Below are positions 23,701 to 36,659 of a stretch of 64,000 nt of DNA, piece after piece. Both the position numbers and the translations under genes were made by a program. The stretch spans positions 50,481,530 through 50,545,529 of the forward strand of contig JARDVH010000097.1 in assembly GCA_030324005.1 (NCBI GenBank), in the 5' to 3' direction. This stretch comes from Negaprion brevirostris. Its lineage: Eukaryota. The notes under the pieces were generated by a model. The model saw nothing but the letters and a program-made list of their open reading frames with translations, was not told where the DNA came from and did not search any database. Numbering within the stretch: the first letter of the stretch is position 1; each line of letters begins with the position of its first letter.

Positions 23701-26700
23701 AGTCTGCAAAGGTGAGAAAGAAGCAGATATTAGCAGCTGAGAAAATTCCCTGGATACATTTAAATTAATTAAAAGCAGATAAAATTTACGATTTAGTCTG
23801 TCAATTTCCTGAAAGTTTTATTTAATTTTAAATGAAAGACACATCCAGTTATCAGTGCCGGGTGTTTGGAGTCTCATCCCAAGGGCCTGTGCCGCTCAAA
23901 TTTATTAGTAGCTAATTTGATTCTATTGAGTTAAGGAGTTCCAGTTATACATTCTGACTGAAGAGTGTAGTCATTGAAATAGCATTGTACTGGAAGGAAC
24001 TTGCTGTCTAATTTTCAATAACTGCCACATCTCATACGTTCAGAGGAGGGAATCAGATAACGCTAGCTGTTAGTGCCACATACACAGTTGATTCATACAT
24101 GTCAAATTGGTAGTCATGCATTATATCAGTGTCTATCAGACTTTCAAGAGGCAGACTTCAAATTTATTTTTGCTCACAGCTTCAACATTTATCCCACTAC
24201 AAAAGGAGCGAGCCTTTGGCTTAGCGATTGGATTCCTCCTCCTGAGTCAGAAGATGAATGGTTCCAACCTCACTCCAGACTGACAATAAAGACTTAAATA
24301 TGACTCCAACAGAATCCTTGTGTCTGAATAGAGTATTCACTGGCTCAGCAGCAGCAGCCCTCAGAGTCAGAAGGACTTGCTTTGAACCCACTCCCGATAG
24401 TCCCGGTAAAGAGCATAGTGTTGGCTCTGAATATTGGGTGGACAGCTAATGATGGAGGGGCGTTGGGCCCTTCCATCCAGTGGGTTTCTCCACTAACCTA
24501 CATAAAGGTGGAACAACTCCATGTTGCTTTGTAGCCCACTTAAGAGAATGTAGATCAAGGATGAGAAAGATAACAGGAAAATAATTACCCTTCCTTACTA
24601 AATGGTTCAAGTTTCTTGTGTGTGAGCCACATTTTATGGTCTGTGTATTAAGGCTGAGCATGATGTATAGCTCAGAATGAAGGAATTTCAAGAAATTGTC
24701 CCAAATTTTCAAAGTTATATTCTGCAACTGTTTTATGTCAAGTTTTAAAACAGAAACTGGAATTATGAAATTTCATTGCATAAATTATGGAACTGTTTTT
24801 TAAATAACTGAGGCCTTAATGTGCAATAGATGAAAATAATATCCCTCCACCTTCTGGCCTTGACTTTGAATCATCCAGACAGAACTATATTATCTGGCAC
24901 TAATAAGGGTCTTAATTTTGGATTAATCCCAACGTAACTCTCAGGGTATGCCATTCAGCATTGCAAAACTCCCTTAATTTAGTACAATTAACACTCATTT
25001 AGCAACCAGATTAAGATTTGTCCAGAAATCTTCTTCTGGAGCAGAGATCCATTTTGAGGTTCGAGCTGAAGCACTGTCAATACGACTTTCCCTGATACAT
25101 TGATAATGATTTCACCATCACTTTTATTAATAGATATTTCACTTGCCTCTCCCAATTATTATAGGCATGTGTGTTATACAAAACACAACTTACCCTACTG
25201 ATAGGCAAATTACAAGTTACAGCCATGGAAGCATAAGGAAATACTTTTTCTTCTATCCATTGTTAATAGTGGCTCAGCATCATCTGACCAATGACAGTAT
25301 GGGAAAATTGGAAGCAAGTTGGCATAAAAGGAATGTCAATGAATAACAAACAGATACTTAATTCAGTCCTGCTCTTCTTTGTCCCCATGAGGAGAGAATG
25401 ATAATGCCGCAGGTAGGTGTATGGAAGAGCTATCTTCAAATCATCACATGAAATTCACAAAAAGGAAGATCCTGTGAAGCTAACTAGCCAACATATTCCA
25501 CTCTGTGCCTACTGAGTTCAACCTTAAACTGCTTCTTTAAGCTGGTAACAGGGACTCTTGTCTGAAACTGAATGGTTCCTTCATTGAGTAAGCAGATCAG
25601 GCCTTAATGGTATTATGGAGCCTTGACTGCAATTTTAATTGGTGGCCTAAACAGAAGGTAGTTTTCCCATTAGGTGAAGACAGTGGGAAAAAGAAGCCAG
25701 AACCAGAAGAGGTTCGAGCAGTTGCATTCTTTTATATTTTAGTACTGCATATTAAAAACAATTTGGAGTCCCCTTTAGCCCAAGCTCTTCATTCCCTTCC
25801 CAAATGAAAGACCCTCCAAAGGTTCCTTCCTGCGACTGCTCTAAGTTCCAGAAACCTTTCCTTCTTTACAGGCAGCAACCTCCTGTCACTGAGCATTCTA
25901 CTCCACCCTCTACTGCTTCCCACCCGTTTTGGCAACCAACCATCTGGAAACATGTATATAAAGCCTAGGGATTAACCTCACCAAAGTCACATGCTTCTGA
26001 GGTCAGGACGCTTTTATTTTCACTTTGGCCTTCCTTGTGTCAAGTTAAAATAGGGCTGCTACTGTTTCCTTACAATGCAGTAACAATGAGTGGAATTTTC
26101 TGAAAAAATGATTAGGCGTCATAACAGCGAGAAAGCCAGAGTGATCTACACAGGCTTGTCTGATGTTAACTGGACTGCAATCATCCCATACCTTGTCATT
26201 CTTTGGGAGAACAGTGAATTATGCGTTATCTCTGGGAGGAGAGGGGCCCAAACATGCCAGTGAGCCCAGCTGAAAGGGCACCCTGATTTCACGGTGCACT
26301 AGGAGATCCCCCCTTCCCCCCATAGACATTGGCACACCCCAACCACACCTCCCACCATCAGCAGCATGTTTCACCAGCCCCTCCCCGACATGGATCACCG
26401 GCATTGGGGACCTCCTAATGTGTCCCCCTTCACAGCACCCGATATGCCCCCCCCTCCTACATGCCTCCCCCACCATAGCCCCTGCTCAGGCACCACTCCT
26501 TTGGCAGTGTCCCAGGAAGACTGACAGTGCCCAACTGGCACCGCCAGGGTGCAAACTGGGCACAGCCAGGTGGGCTCTGCCCAGCCATGTCCACTAATGG
26601 AGACCAGTAGTGATTCTCACCCAGGCTCGCGCCATGTCCAATGGTCAGAAGATCTCAGGAGAATTTGGTATCAAATAGGCTGAACATATGTAAATACTAC

Positions 26701-26729
26701 CTTAAATATACTAATTGACCAAACTTAAT

Positions 26730-27135
26730 TTGTTTTTACTTGAACATTGGAGGCTGGGGGGACCTGATAAAATTTACAAATTATGAGGGGTATAAATAGA
26801 ATGGATAGTCAGAATCTTTTTCCCCCAGGGTAGAACTATCAATTATTCAGGGACATAGGTTATAGATAAAAGGGGGAAAGTTTAAAGGAGATGTGAGAAG
26901 CAGGTTTCTTTTTACATAGAGGCTGGTAAGTGCCTGGAATGCACTGCCAGGCAAGGTGGGAAAAGCACTTAGAACAGCAATGTTTAAGGGACATCTTGAC
27001 AGATATAGGAAAAGGCAAGGAATAGATGGATAGGGACCATGTAGAGGCAAAATTTCTTTGTTAAAATCTTTGTTAAATCATGTACCGGTGCAGGTTTTGT
27101 GGGCTGAAGGTCTGTTCCTGTGCTGTACCATTATT
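26730..27135 (+). mobile_element. CR1 (HER1-like) LINE 3' end
   Basis: Same family as 10290-11085 in the opposite orientation (gacctgata...tttaaaggagatgtg...gggctgaagg.ctgttcctgtgctgtac). Confidence 0.75.
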
Positions 27136-29734
27136 TGCTCTACATCTGCCAGAGTTTGTGATGTGATTGGGCATTCTGTCCCATCATGCCAACTGTGCAA
27201 TAATATCACTCCAATCCCATAGAGGGAGGCAGCACAGGTGACAATGAGTGGTCTCAGGGGGTCATTTCTTGACCATAATTGTTGTTTGACGTTTACAAAG
27301 GCTTCCTCTTGTGGTATTTTCCACGGCCATTTCTGATGTTTTAAGCAATTTGTGGCAGAGTGACAACAGGGGCACAAATGTTCCGTATGAATTTACGGTA
27401 GTAACTTATAAGCCCAAGGAAAGACCGGCTTCATTGTTCCTTGGAGTTGGAGCCCCTTTTTGTAGACTTCACCTTCTCTTTGACAGGGTGTAAACCATCC
27501 TTGTCAATTTTGTCTCAAAGGTACATTCCCTCATTAACCACGAATGCACATTTTTCCCTTTTTCATTGGACACCAGCCTCGCAAGAAGTTATGAAACCTC
27601 CTCCAAACTCTCCAAATATTCCTTTGCATTGTCCTTGAGATTAAAATGCCATCCAGATAGACTGCCACTCTGGGTGCCCCTTGAAGGATGTTCCTCAGCA
27701 CCCTGTGAAAATGGCACAGGCTAGAGGTGTCCCAAAGACCTGGCAAGTATACTCATGGTCCTTTGTGAGTACTTATAATGACATACTTCCTGGAGGATGC
27801 CTCAAGATCCAGTTGGAGATAGGCATGATGTGTCTAATTTGGAAAATATGTGACCATCAGCCACTCTTCTATGTATGACTGAAGGTATCTACTTAAATGG
27901 GAAACTCTGTTGACCATCAATTTATGATCCCCAAAGAAACAGACCAAACTGTCAGGTTTTAAAACTGGGAATACTGGTGTGGCTCATTCAACAAATTGCA
28001 CTGGGTGTACAATGCCAAGTTCTTCTAGAAAGTCCAATTCAGCCTCTGCTTTGGCACTTAGGGTATTTATCTTAGGCACATAGACCAGTCATGCCTCAAA
28101 GTATTTAGGTCAGGCCACATAGATCTTGGCCCTAGCACCTCTAATCTTCCCAAGGCCTTCTTNNNGGGATACTTTACAGTGATATTGTATAAATTGCCAG
28201 TACCCATTTTGAAGACCTGTTGCCATTCGAGGCAGATTTACTGTAGCCAATCCTTTCCCAAAAGGCTGGGCCCTGGTTCTTATAATACTATTAGGGGGAG
28301 TCAGACTGACTGTTGCCTGTGAATAACTGGGGTTACAGTGGTTCCAACAATGCGCAAGGGTTCCCCAGTGCATGTGGTCAGTCTAACCTTAGTGTCCTGC
28401 AGGCTTAAAGGCAAGATGCCCACTGGAGTCACCTAAACGTCAACTCCTCAAGACGAGTTGCAGCAGCTTGTACATCTACGTCCATGTTTAGGGGGTGGTC
28501 ATTTGCCTAGAGTTTAATCGTGAATGGAGCCACTGTGGGTGGGTGCAAGATAGCTGCCTCAATTCCTCATCCTCAGGCTGGTTTATTTTGAAAAGCCTTG
28601 TCCTGAGTTGGCTTTGCCCTTTGGCCTAGGTGGCACGCATTTTGCCTGTTTTGATAGCCTTGTCTGGAGCAGACCCTATTACTACAAGTGCAACATGGAT
28701 GTGCTTTCTCCTCACTGCATTGTGGAGATAATTCCCGTCCAGTTTTGGAACCCTGCAGCCTCCAACCCCAATTGCCCTTTCTTGACAGCAAATGGGAGAC
28801 GCGAGCATTACCCACTGCAGACTTGATTCTTCAGTTTGGGAGTCACCCAAGGCTGAGGAAGGTGCCATCTATGTACCCCTGAAGCTCCTCTTTTTCTGTG
28901 TTTACATGGGAAAGGACCTGTNNNNNNNNNNNNNNNNNNNNNNNNNNNNTTTCAGTCAGTAGCTTCCTTTGGACTGTAATGTTATTATTCATCCCACGTA
29001 CTAAACAATCCCTTAATATTTCCAGAAGAGCTGATCCATACACTGTGATCCACTACTTTCAGCTGGCTGGTCAAGAATTCAGTGGCTGTTTCCCCAGGGA
29101 GCCTACTTACTGTGCCAAGTCTGTAACATTGCTATATAACAGATGGTTTAGGGTCATAGTGGTCCCATACCATATCTACCTATTCAACAAAAGATTTAGA
29201 ATCCAGAGTGCCAGGTTGGCTAAACCTTTTATGATACTGAAAGTTAGGGCTCCACAAGTGGTCAAGAGGACTTTTTGCCAGTCATCCTCTTCTATCCCAG
29301 TTACCCAGAATAAATATCCCATTCTTTCAGTACACTGGGGACAATCCTCCATACTCGCATAAATTTCCAGATTCCCAGACAGCGGAAGTTTCAGTATCTC
29401 CCTATCACTGTCTTACTGGGTTTATTGAAAAGCAAGACTATCCAAAACTTTTCTTGTTCTTGGTCGCCAATGTAATAACTCAAGAAACCCGACTGGAAAG
29501 GAACATCATTTATTTACATAACGTAAAGTAAAAGCACTACCATGGTGTACACACACTAGTCTCTGCCTTGGACTGAAAGTTCAGCAAGCCCAGTCCTGGG
29601 TCTTCCTTAGAAAAGACTCAGGTAATGAGTTCCAGCTAGGATAGCCATTACCTGTTACCAGGGGAACTCAAATTCACTGAGCCCTACAGGGAGATCAATT
29701 AGTGATTTCTATGGGGCCTCATGGGGATTATCGT
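27136..29734 (-). mobile_element. Decayed Gypsy LTR retrotransposon: 5' LTR (29471-29734), PBS, gag, protease, RT, RNase H; integrase end lost
   Basis: On the minus strand the LTR end TTACA is followed by PBS-like TTGGCGACCA (29461-29470). Remnants: gag ILRDCLVRGM..VQRKLLTE, RT ILQGAPRVAVYLDGILI, RNase H LIVTCAASLYGIGVIL.HSWHDGTECPI. Confidence 0.85.
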
Positions 29735-30050
29735 AATTTAACTTATCGTAGTTTAACTTAATGCAGAGTTATAACAGACTCCGTTTTTGCTGGAGCAAGG
29801 TCCATCTCCAGCAGTGAGTTTTTAAGAGTAGATGTGAATGTGCATAAAAGGTGGATATGACCCATCGAACTCTCAGGTTTCAAGTTATTTAAATCTCCTG
29901 CTCTTTAAGTTTTGAAAAAGAAGCACCCACCTATGAACCTGGGTGGGATTTTCCATGATGTGGAGATGTTGGCATTGGACTCGGGTAAATGCAGTAAGAA
30001 GTCTCCCAACACCAGGTTAAAGTCCAAAGGGTTTATTTGATAGTAAATGC

Positions 30051-30085
30051 CACAAGCTTTCGGAATGCTATTCCTTCATCAGGTG
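30051..30085 (-). ncRNA. Minimal type I hammerhead ribozyme motif
   Basis: CAC-CUGAUGA-A-GGAAU(AGC)AUUCC-GAAA-GCUU-GUG. Confidence 0.65.
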
Positions 30086-31226
30086 AGTGGAGAGTTCTGT
30101 ATGCCCNNNNNNNNNNNNNNNNNNNNNNNNNNNNNNNNNNNNNNNNNNNNNNNNNNNNNNNNNNNNNNNNNNNNNNNNNNNNNNNNNNNNNNNNNNNNNN
30201 NNNNNNNNNNNNNNNNNNNNNNNNNNNNNNNNNNNNNNNNNNNNNNNNNNNNNNNNNNNNNNNNNNNNNNNNNNNNNNNNNNNNNNNNNNNNNNNNNNNN
30301 NNNNNNNNNNNNNNNNNNNNNNNNNNNNNNNNNNNNNNNNNNNNNNNNNNNNNNNNNNNNNNNNNNNNNNNNNNNNNNNNNNNNNNNNNNNNNNNNNNNN
30401 NNNNNNNNNNNNNNNNNNNNNNNNNNNNNNNNNNNNNNNNNNNNNNNNNNNNNNNNNNNNNNNNNNNNNNNNNNNNNNNNNNNNNNNNNNNNNNNNNNNN
30501 NNNNNNNNNNNNNNNNNNNNNNNNNNNNNNNNNNNNNNNNNNNNNNNNNNNNNNNNNNNNNNNNNNNNNNNNNNNNNNNNNNNNNNNNNNNNNNNNNNNN
30601 NNNNNNNNNNNNNNNNNNNNNNNNNNNNNNNNNNNNNNNNNNNNNNNNNNNNNNNNNNNNNNNNNNNNNNNNNNNNNNNNNNNNNNNNNNNNNNNNNNNN
30701 NNNNNNNNNNNNNNNNNNNNNNNNNNNNNNNNNNNNNNNNNNNNNNNNNNNNNNNNNNNNNNNNNNNNNNNNNNNNNNNNNNNNNNNNNNNNNNNNNNNN
30801 NNNNNNNNNNNNNNNNNNNNNNNNNNNNNNNNNNNNNNNNNNNNNNNNNNNNNNNNNNNNNNNNNNNNNNNNNNNNNNNNNNNNNNNNNNNNNNNNNNNN
30901 NNNNNNNNNNNNNNNNNNNNNNNNNNNNNNNNNNNNNNNNNATAGCCAAGTTCTGCACACATGAGGACGGCCTCAACCAGGATCTTGGGTTCATGTCACA
31001 CTATCTGTAACCCCCATGGCTTGCCTGAACTTGCAACATCTCACTTGTTGTCCTGTCTGGAGACAATACTCATCTCTTTAACCTATGCTTAATGCTATCT
31101 CCACTCATGTTGTCTGTACCTTTAAGACTTGAATAGCAGATTAACTGTAAAAACTTGCATTCTAATCAGTATTCTATAAACTGTGTGTGCCTTTATATGC
31201 CCTGTTTCTGATCAAAATTCTCCACT

Positions 31227-31261
31227 CACCTGACGAAGGGGCAGAGCCCCGAAAGCTTGTG
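31227..31261 (+). ncRNA. Minimal type I hammerhead ribozyme motif
   Basis: CAC-CUGACGA-A-GGGGC(AGA)GCCCC-GAAA-GCUU-GUG. Confidence 0.65.
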
Positions 31262-31404
31262 GTGCTTACTGTCAAATAAACATGTTGGACTTTAACCTGG
31301 TATTGTGAGACTTCTTACTGGGATTTTCCACTCAGGGTGCTGAGTGGGTGGGAAAGGTGCCATGAATCCTGCCAGCCAGTGTGATGTGTTTCCATGGCAG
31401 ATTG

Positions 31405-31530
31405 TCTTTAGAAGAGTCTTATCAAATTCGGAGAGTTAATTCTGTTCCTCTCTCCACAGATGCTGCTGGACCAACTGAGTTTTCCCAGCACTCTGTTTTT
31501 ATTTCTGATCTTTGCAGTATTTTGCCTTGA
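31405..31530 (+). mobile_element. Second Penelope-like family, terminal fragment
   Basis: tctctccacagatgctgct..acc..ctgagttttcccagca motif, shared with 43750-44190 and 55410-55635. Confidence 0.5.
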
Positions 31531-32229
31531 TACCCACTAGATAAATGTGCTAAATCAGAATGGTGGGTATTCGAATTGGGCACAGTGGGGTTGCTACTGG
31601 CTTGCTGACCAGTGGCTGTACCACTGTCACGAGCGCTAAATTCAATTTTAGTGTTTCTACTTGATATTATTTTTGCTGCTATTGTATATCAGAAACAAAA
31701 AGTTAAATATTTTCAAGTAGCTGATTGATCTTTCAGCTTATTGATAGTTTCTGTATCTTTTCGAACTTAAGGGGAAGAAAGGAACCCAAGATTAACCTTT
31801 AGGGAAATAATTCAAATACATCCGTGACCCAAATCTGAACTCTGCCTCAAAAGCTGTCTGGTTGTATGATGTGACGTCTGTTGATTGTTTGTTCCATGTT
31901 GTCGCCTGTGGCCATAGTTATTTTCTATCTTATCAGGTCAAAATAAAGTAATGCTAATAATAAAGGGATTGCTGCCTATCATGTCAACCAGGCAGTGTTT
32001 TCTTTTTTATGTACTGCAGCATGAAGAGACGAGAAAAAATAAGTGAATCTACACATTTTTACCCCAGTCTCCCCACCCCAAGGCGTTCCACATTTAACTC
32101 CCCTACTCAGTACCTGATCTCCCACCAGTTTGACAGCACCCTCCAGTTGACTGATGACCCAAGCACTACCACAGCAACCAAAAACATTAATCAACTGCAA
32201 CAGATTTCATTTCCTCAATAGAGCCACGA

Positions 32230-32630
32230 GAAAAGGCCCATGCAGGTCTATGTCAGATCTCCTGGAAGCGGCAATGTAACATCAATGCCATGTTCAAACC
32301 CTGAAGAACCCTACACCAAAGATAGCAACTTCCAAGCTGGCTGATGGTACCTATGGAGAATTGAACAAATAAATAATGAGATTTTACAGGGCCAGTCATA
32401 TGACAACCACATGTGCCAGTGAGCAAGCTGCCAATATGCTCAAAATGCCCTTCCTCGTACACAATTAGGTCTAGAGGTGCCCTCCTGCAGTCATCAGCAA
32501 GGGTCTCTAAGCTAATGATTGTGTGGTGTGTTCCGCACAACATTGTGTATGATCTCGAGATCGAGGTGGAAACAGCCACTCATCATCTGATGAGATTCCA
32601 AAGAAGAGGAGAAGGAGGAAGAATATGAAA
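32230..32630 (+). mobile_element. Decayed PIF/Harbinger transposase C-terminal part
   Basis: VRSPGSG (cf. ARYPGS.HD), EQAANMLKM and SRGALLQSSARVSKLMIVWCVPHNI (cf. SGGALQY.P.RV..II..CC.LHN), followed by an acidic GA-rich tail. Confidence 0.65.
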
Positions 32631-34092
32631 ATGGACCAAAGCCAGATTATTCAATCACTTTGCTGCTTGGGATACCAGGAATGTCCTCTTAGTTCACTAG
32701 TTCAGTTAGTCACTTACCTTCCTACATTCCCTCTCCGCTAACCCCACTGATACAAAATAAGTAGCCATCTACCCATTCCTTATGCGCCAATTGGTCTCAA
32801 AGTACGCATGTCCTCATATTCCTCATCAAACAATAGAAAAACTCAGTCATCAGGCAAGAATAGTGAACATAGGAAAGTGAAGCATGTTAATGCATATTAT
32901 GTGAATAGATCAATAAGTGAAACTTACTAACACAGCATTTTTATAAACACTAATGTGCGGACACTCAGTGACCAGCAAAGCTTTTTCATCCCTTTCCCTA
33001 CAACTTCTGCATGGCGTAATTCCCGTGGCTTCAGCAGAATTGGATGCAGACTTCTCTATTCCTTGTTCTGATTTCTAAAACTCTCATGTCAATGACCTTT
33101 TGGTGTTGGAGCTGTCAAGGCCCTGTTAAAGATTGCTCCACCTATGCAGGGACAGACTTAGCCAGGCAACATGTTGGGTACTGGTTGAGGGAACTGCAAT
33201 GGATGAGATGTGGGAAAAACTGTGAATGGAGTTACCAATTCCATGTTTCATTTTACCATCTTCTTTGTCATGCTCATGTTCTATTGGTGTAAAACTGATT
33301 AGGAAGATGGACTCTCCTTTTTATAAAAAAAAGAAACATTGGCTGAATTTATCTTAGCAAAACAGCTAAAAGAGGATAATGTGACTTTTTTGGTGGTTCT
33401 ATACAGACAAGGACTAACTCATATCTGAACATGGCTCTAAACAATTATTAAAAAGTAAATGTCCTTGTGGAGAACCTTCAATTGAACAGAATCCAGAATG
33501 CAATGAGCTCATTGGGGAATTTACAGATACTATTGCCTGAATATTTGTAGGAACTCAAATATGAAGGTCACCCCCAGACTTGGTGTCTGGAAACTTGAAA
33601 TCTGACAAAATGGAGTGTGAAGGAACCATTTTATCACACACAGGCATAAAATACTGTCATTCATTCCTCATTGTGTGACAATGGCTAAACCATTGAATCA
33701 TTTGTTTGGCAATTGAATGTATCTGTTGGAATATAGCTATACTGTCATCACGTGACTGAAACGAGGCAGAAATAGCCAATACTGTATTAATCCACAAGGG
33801 CAGTCCGGTGGGTCAGCCTGGGAGCAATACTGACAAAAGATGAGATTTTGCCCAGCAAAAGGAAGAAACCCTGCCTTAGAAAGAGAATCGGGCAGTAAAG
33901 AAGCATTCATTTGTTTCACCTGCAAGACTATATTTCTTCACTGAAGAATTTGGCAATTATTCCAACTGAAAAAGACAGGAACATTTAACCTCTTTTGTCA
34001 TTAGTAAACCAAGAGAAATTCCTTAAGCCTTGTAACATTTCAATGACAGTCCCTGTTAGTAATCTCAGTGCAGTTTCATTTTTAGAAATCAA

Positions 34093-34125
34093 GTGTGTGT
34101 CTGTGTGTGTGTGTGTGTGTCTGTG
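34093..34125 (+). repeat. (GT)n microsatellite, imperfect
   Basis: gtgtgtgtctgtgtgtgtgtgtgtgtgtctgtg. Confidence 0.9.
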
Positions 34126-34210
34126 CACTTTCAGTTCTTGTGAAAAAGGTTAAGTTTTTCTTTTAAAAATTACAGAATAGCCTGTGTTGTGTCTGATCTC
34201 TAAGTCAAGA

Positions 34211-34358
34211 AGTGGAAATGCCAGTGTTGGACCGAAGTGGGCATAGTAAGAAGTCTCACAACACCAGGTTAAAGTCCAACGGGTTTATTTGGAATCACAA
34301 GCTTTCGGAGCATTGCTCTTTATCACTTGATAAACCTGATGTTGTGAGGCTTCCTACT
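34211..34358. mobile_element. Short Penelope-derived inverted-repeat element with a mutated hammerhead core
   Basis: agtaagaagtctcacaacaccaggtt...aacctgatgttgtgaggcttcctact, with aagtcaa repeated at both flanks. Confidence 0.7.
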
Positions 34359-35324
34359 TTAAAGTCAAAGCACTCAAAATGATAAAAAGGCATTCATTCT
34401 CTAATGTCCATCTTGTTGCACCCAGCTGNNNNNNNNNNNNNNNNNNNNNNNNNNNNNNNNNNNNNNNNNNNNNNNNNNNNNNNNNNNNNNNNNNNNNNNN
34501 NNNNNNNNNNNNNNNNNNNNNNNNNNNNNNNNNNNNNNNNNNNNNNNNNNNNNNNNNNNNNNNNNNNNNNNNNNNNNNNNNNNNNNNNNNNNNNNNNNNN
34601 NNNNNNNNNNNNNNNNNNNNNNNNNNNNNNNNNNNNNNNNNNNNNNNNNNNNNNNNNNNNNNNNNNNNNNNNNNNNNNNNNNNNNNNNNNNNNNNNNNNN
34701 NNNNNNNNNNNNNNNNNNNNNNNNNNNNNNNNNNNNNNNNNNNNNNNNNNNNNNNNNNNNNNNNNNNNNNNNNNNNNNNNNNNNNNNNNNNNNNNNNNNN
34801 NNNNNNNNNNNNNNNNNNNNNNNNNNNNNNNNNNNNNNNNNNNNNNNNNNNNNNNNNNNNNNNNNNNNNNNNNNNNNNNNNNNNNNNNNNNNNCATGCCA
34901 GCCTTCAGTGTTACTTCAATTTTTTAAAGGATTAGATTAGAAGCAAATTGCCCATAGTTGCAGCTCTCCTATTTCAACTTGTCTTGTGGCCCTTTAGCAA
35001 AAATTACTCCCAGTCTCTGAGAGGGCATTACAGGTCCTATTTTGTTTTTGGTAATATAAAAATAGAAATATACAAAGATCTATAGTACAGAAGGTAGCCA
35101 TTCAGTCCATTGTGTCAGTGCCAGCTGATAATGAATTACCTAGCCTAATCTCACTTTATAGCTGTTTGTCTATCGCCCTGTTGGTTAAAGCAGCACAAAT
35201 CCATATCCAAGTGTTTTTCAAGTGTGTTGAGGATTTCTGCATCTATCAGTGTTTCAGGCAATGAATTGCGAGCCCCCATCATCCTTTGGGGGAGATAAAT
35301 TATTCAACTCCCCCCTCAACATTT

Positions 35325-35560
35325 AGGGAAGGCAGTGTCCTACTGACATTGTTGCTGGACTAGTGATCCAGAAACCCAGGATAATGCTCTGGAGACCTGG
35401 GTTCGAATCCCACTGTGGTAGGTGGTGCAATTAGAATTCAATTTTTAAAATATTTGGAATTAAAAGTCAAAGAAAAATCACAAAACAACTGTAAAAACCC
35501 AGCTGGTTCATTAAAGTCCTTTAGGGAAGGAAATCTGCCATCATTATGTGGTCTGACCTA
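35325..35560 (+). mobile_element. tRNA-headed SINE 5' part; tail resumes at ~37615-37720
   Basis: B-box ggttcgaatccc and body aaaaccc.gctggttca...cctttagggaaggaaatctgcc. The tail caatgtggttgactctt...gcaataaatgctgg lies after the nested CR1 pieces. A related copy is at 41430-41715. Confidence 0.6.
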
Positions 35561-35564
35561 TCAT

Positions 35565-36630
35565 AAAACCATAAGACATAGGAGCAGAATTAGGCCACTT
35601 GATCCATCGAATCTGCTCTGCCATTCAATCATGGCTGATATTTTTCTCATCCCCAATATCCTGCCTTTTCTCCATAACTCCTGATCCCCTTATTAATCAA
35701 GAACCTATATATCTCTGTCTTAAAGACACTCAATGACCTGGCCTCCACAAACTTCTGCGGCAAATAATTCTAGCTGAAGAAATTCCTCCTCATCTCTGTT
35801 TTAAAGGATTGTCCCTTTAGCCTAAGGTTGTGCCCTTTGGTTCCAGTTTTTCCTACTAGTGGAAACATTCTCTCCATGTCCACTCTATCCAGGCCTCGCA
35901 GTATCCTGTAAGTTCCAATAAGACCCCCCCCGGCATCCTTCTCAACTCTAACAAGTATAAACCCAGAGTTTCAACTGTTCCTGAAACAACAAGCTCTTCA
36001 TTCCAGGGATCATTCTTGTGAATGTCCTGTGGATCCTTTCCAGGACCAGTGCATCCTTCGTTAGATATGGGGCCCAAAATTGCTCACAATACTCCAAATG
36101 GGGTCTGACTAGAGCCTTATGCAGCCTCAAAAGTACACCCCTGCTCTTGTATTCCAACCCTCTCAACATGAATGCTAACACTGCATTTGCCTTCCTAACT
36201 TTCGATGAACCTGCATGTTAACCTTAAGAGAATCTTGAACAAACTCCAAGTCCCTTTGTGTTTCTGATTTTCTCAGCATTTTCTCATTTAGAAAATAGTC
36301 TATGCCTCCATTCCTGCTTCCAAAGTGCATAACCTCACACTTTCCCACATTGTATTCCATCTGCCACTTTTTTGCCCACTCTCCCAAACTGCCCAAGTCC
36401 TTCCGCAGCCCCTCTGCTTCCTCAGTACGACCTGTCCCTCTCCATATCTTTGTAACATCTGCAAACTTAGCAACAATAACTTCAGTTCCTTCTTCCAAAT
36501 CGTTAATGCTCCTAGCACTGACCCCTGAGGCACACCACTAGTCATCCTGAAAAAGACCCCTTTATCCCCACTCTTTGCCTTCTGCCAATCCTGTATCCAT
36601 GCCAGGATCTTACCCTGAATATCATGGACA
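35565..36630 (-). mobile_element. CR1 LINE ORF2 3' ~1 kb
   Basis: Minus ORFs: TSGVPQGSVLG, KFADVTKI, WAKKWQMEYNVGKCEVMHFG, LVRPHLEYCEQFWAPYL. Confidence 0.9.
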
Positions 36631-36659
36631 CCTAATATGCTAAAATATTAGCCTCCAGC

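Larger units (their letters stand above)
29956..31318 (+). mobile_element. Penelope-like element 3' end with inverted terminal repeat and 12-bp TSD
   Basis: IAKFCTHEDGLNQDLGFMSHYL* (30942-31010) resembles the GIY-YIG C-terminus of vertebrate PLEs. Arms ~29990-30100 and ~31215-31318 are inverted. TGGGATTTTCCA lies at 29944-29955 and 31319-31330. The middle is an N gap. Confidence 0.8.

Noticed and set aside
25143-25346. ORF with AQHH...SMGK loosely like the 5b insert
   Set aside because: Spacing and remaining residues do not match, and there is no 96-nt exon structure.
30033-31010. ~300-aa ORFs in all frames
   Set aside because: Artefacts of N runs; only the last 22 codons (PLE C-terminus) are informative.
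35191-35220. QHKSISKCFS, resembling mGluR5b QHKSEIECFT
   Set aside because: It lies inside an antisense CR1 3' remnant, and I saw no suitable splice sites or further similarity.
35325-35415. tRNA-like A/B boxes (also in the V-SINE heads)
   Set aside because: These are SINE heads; no cloverleaf tRNA gene could be supported.
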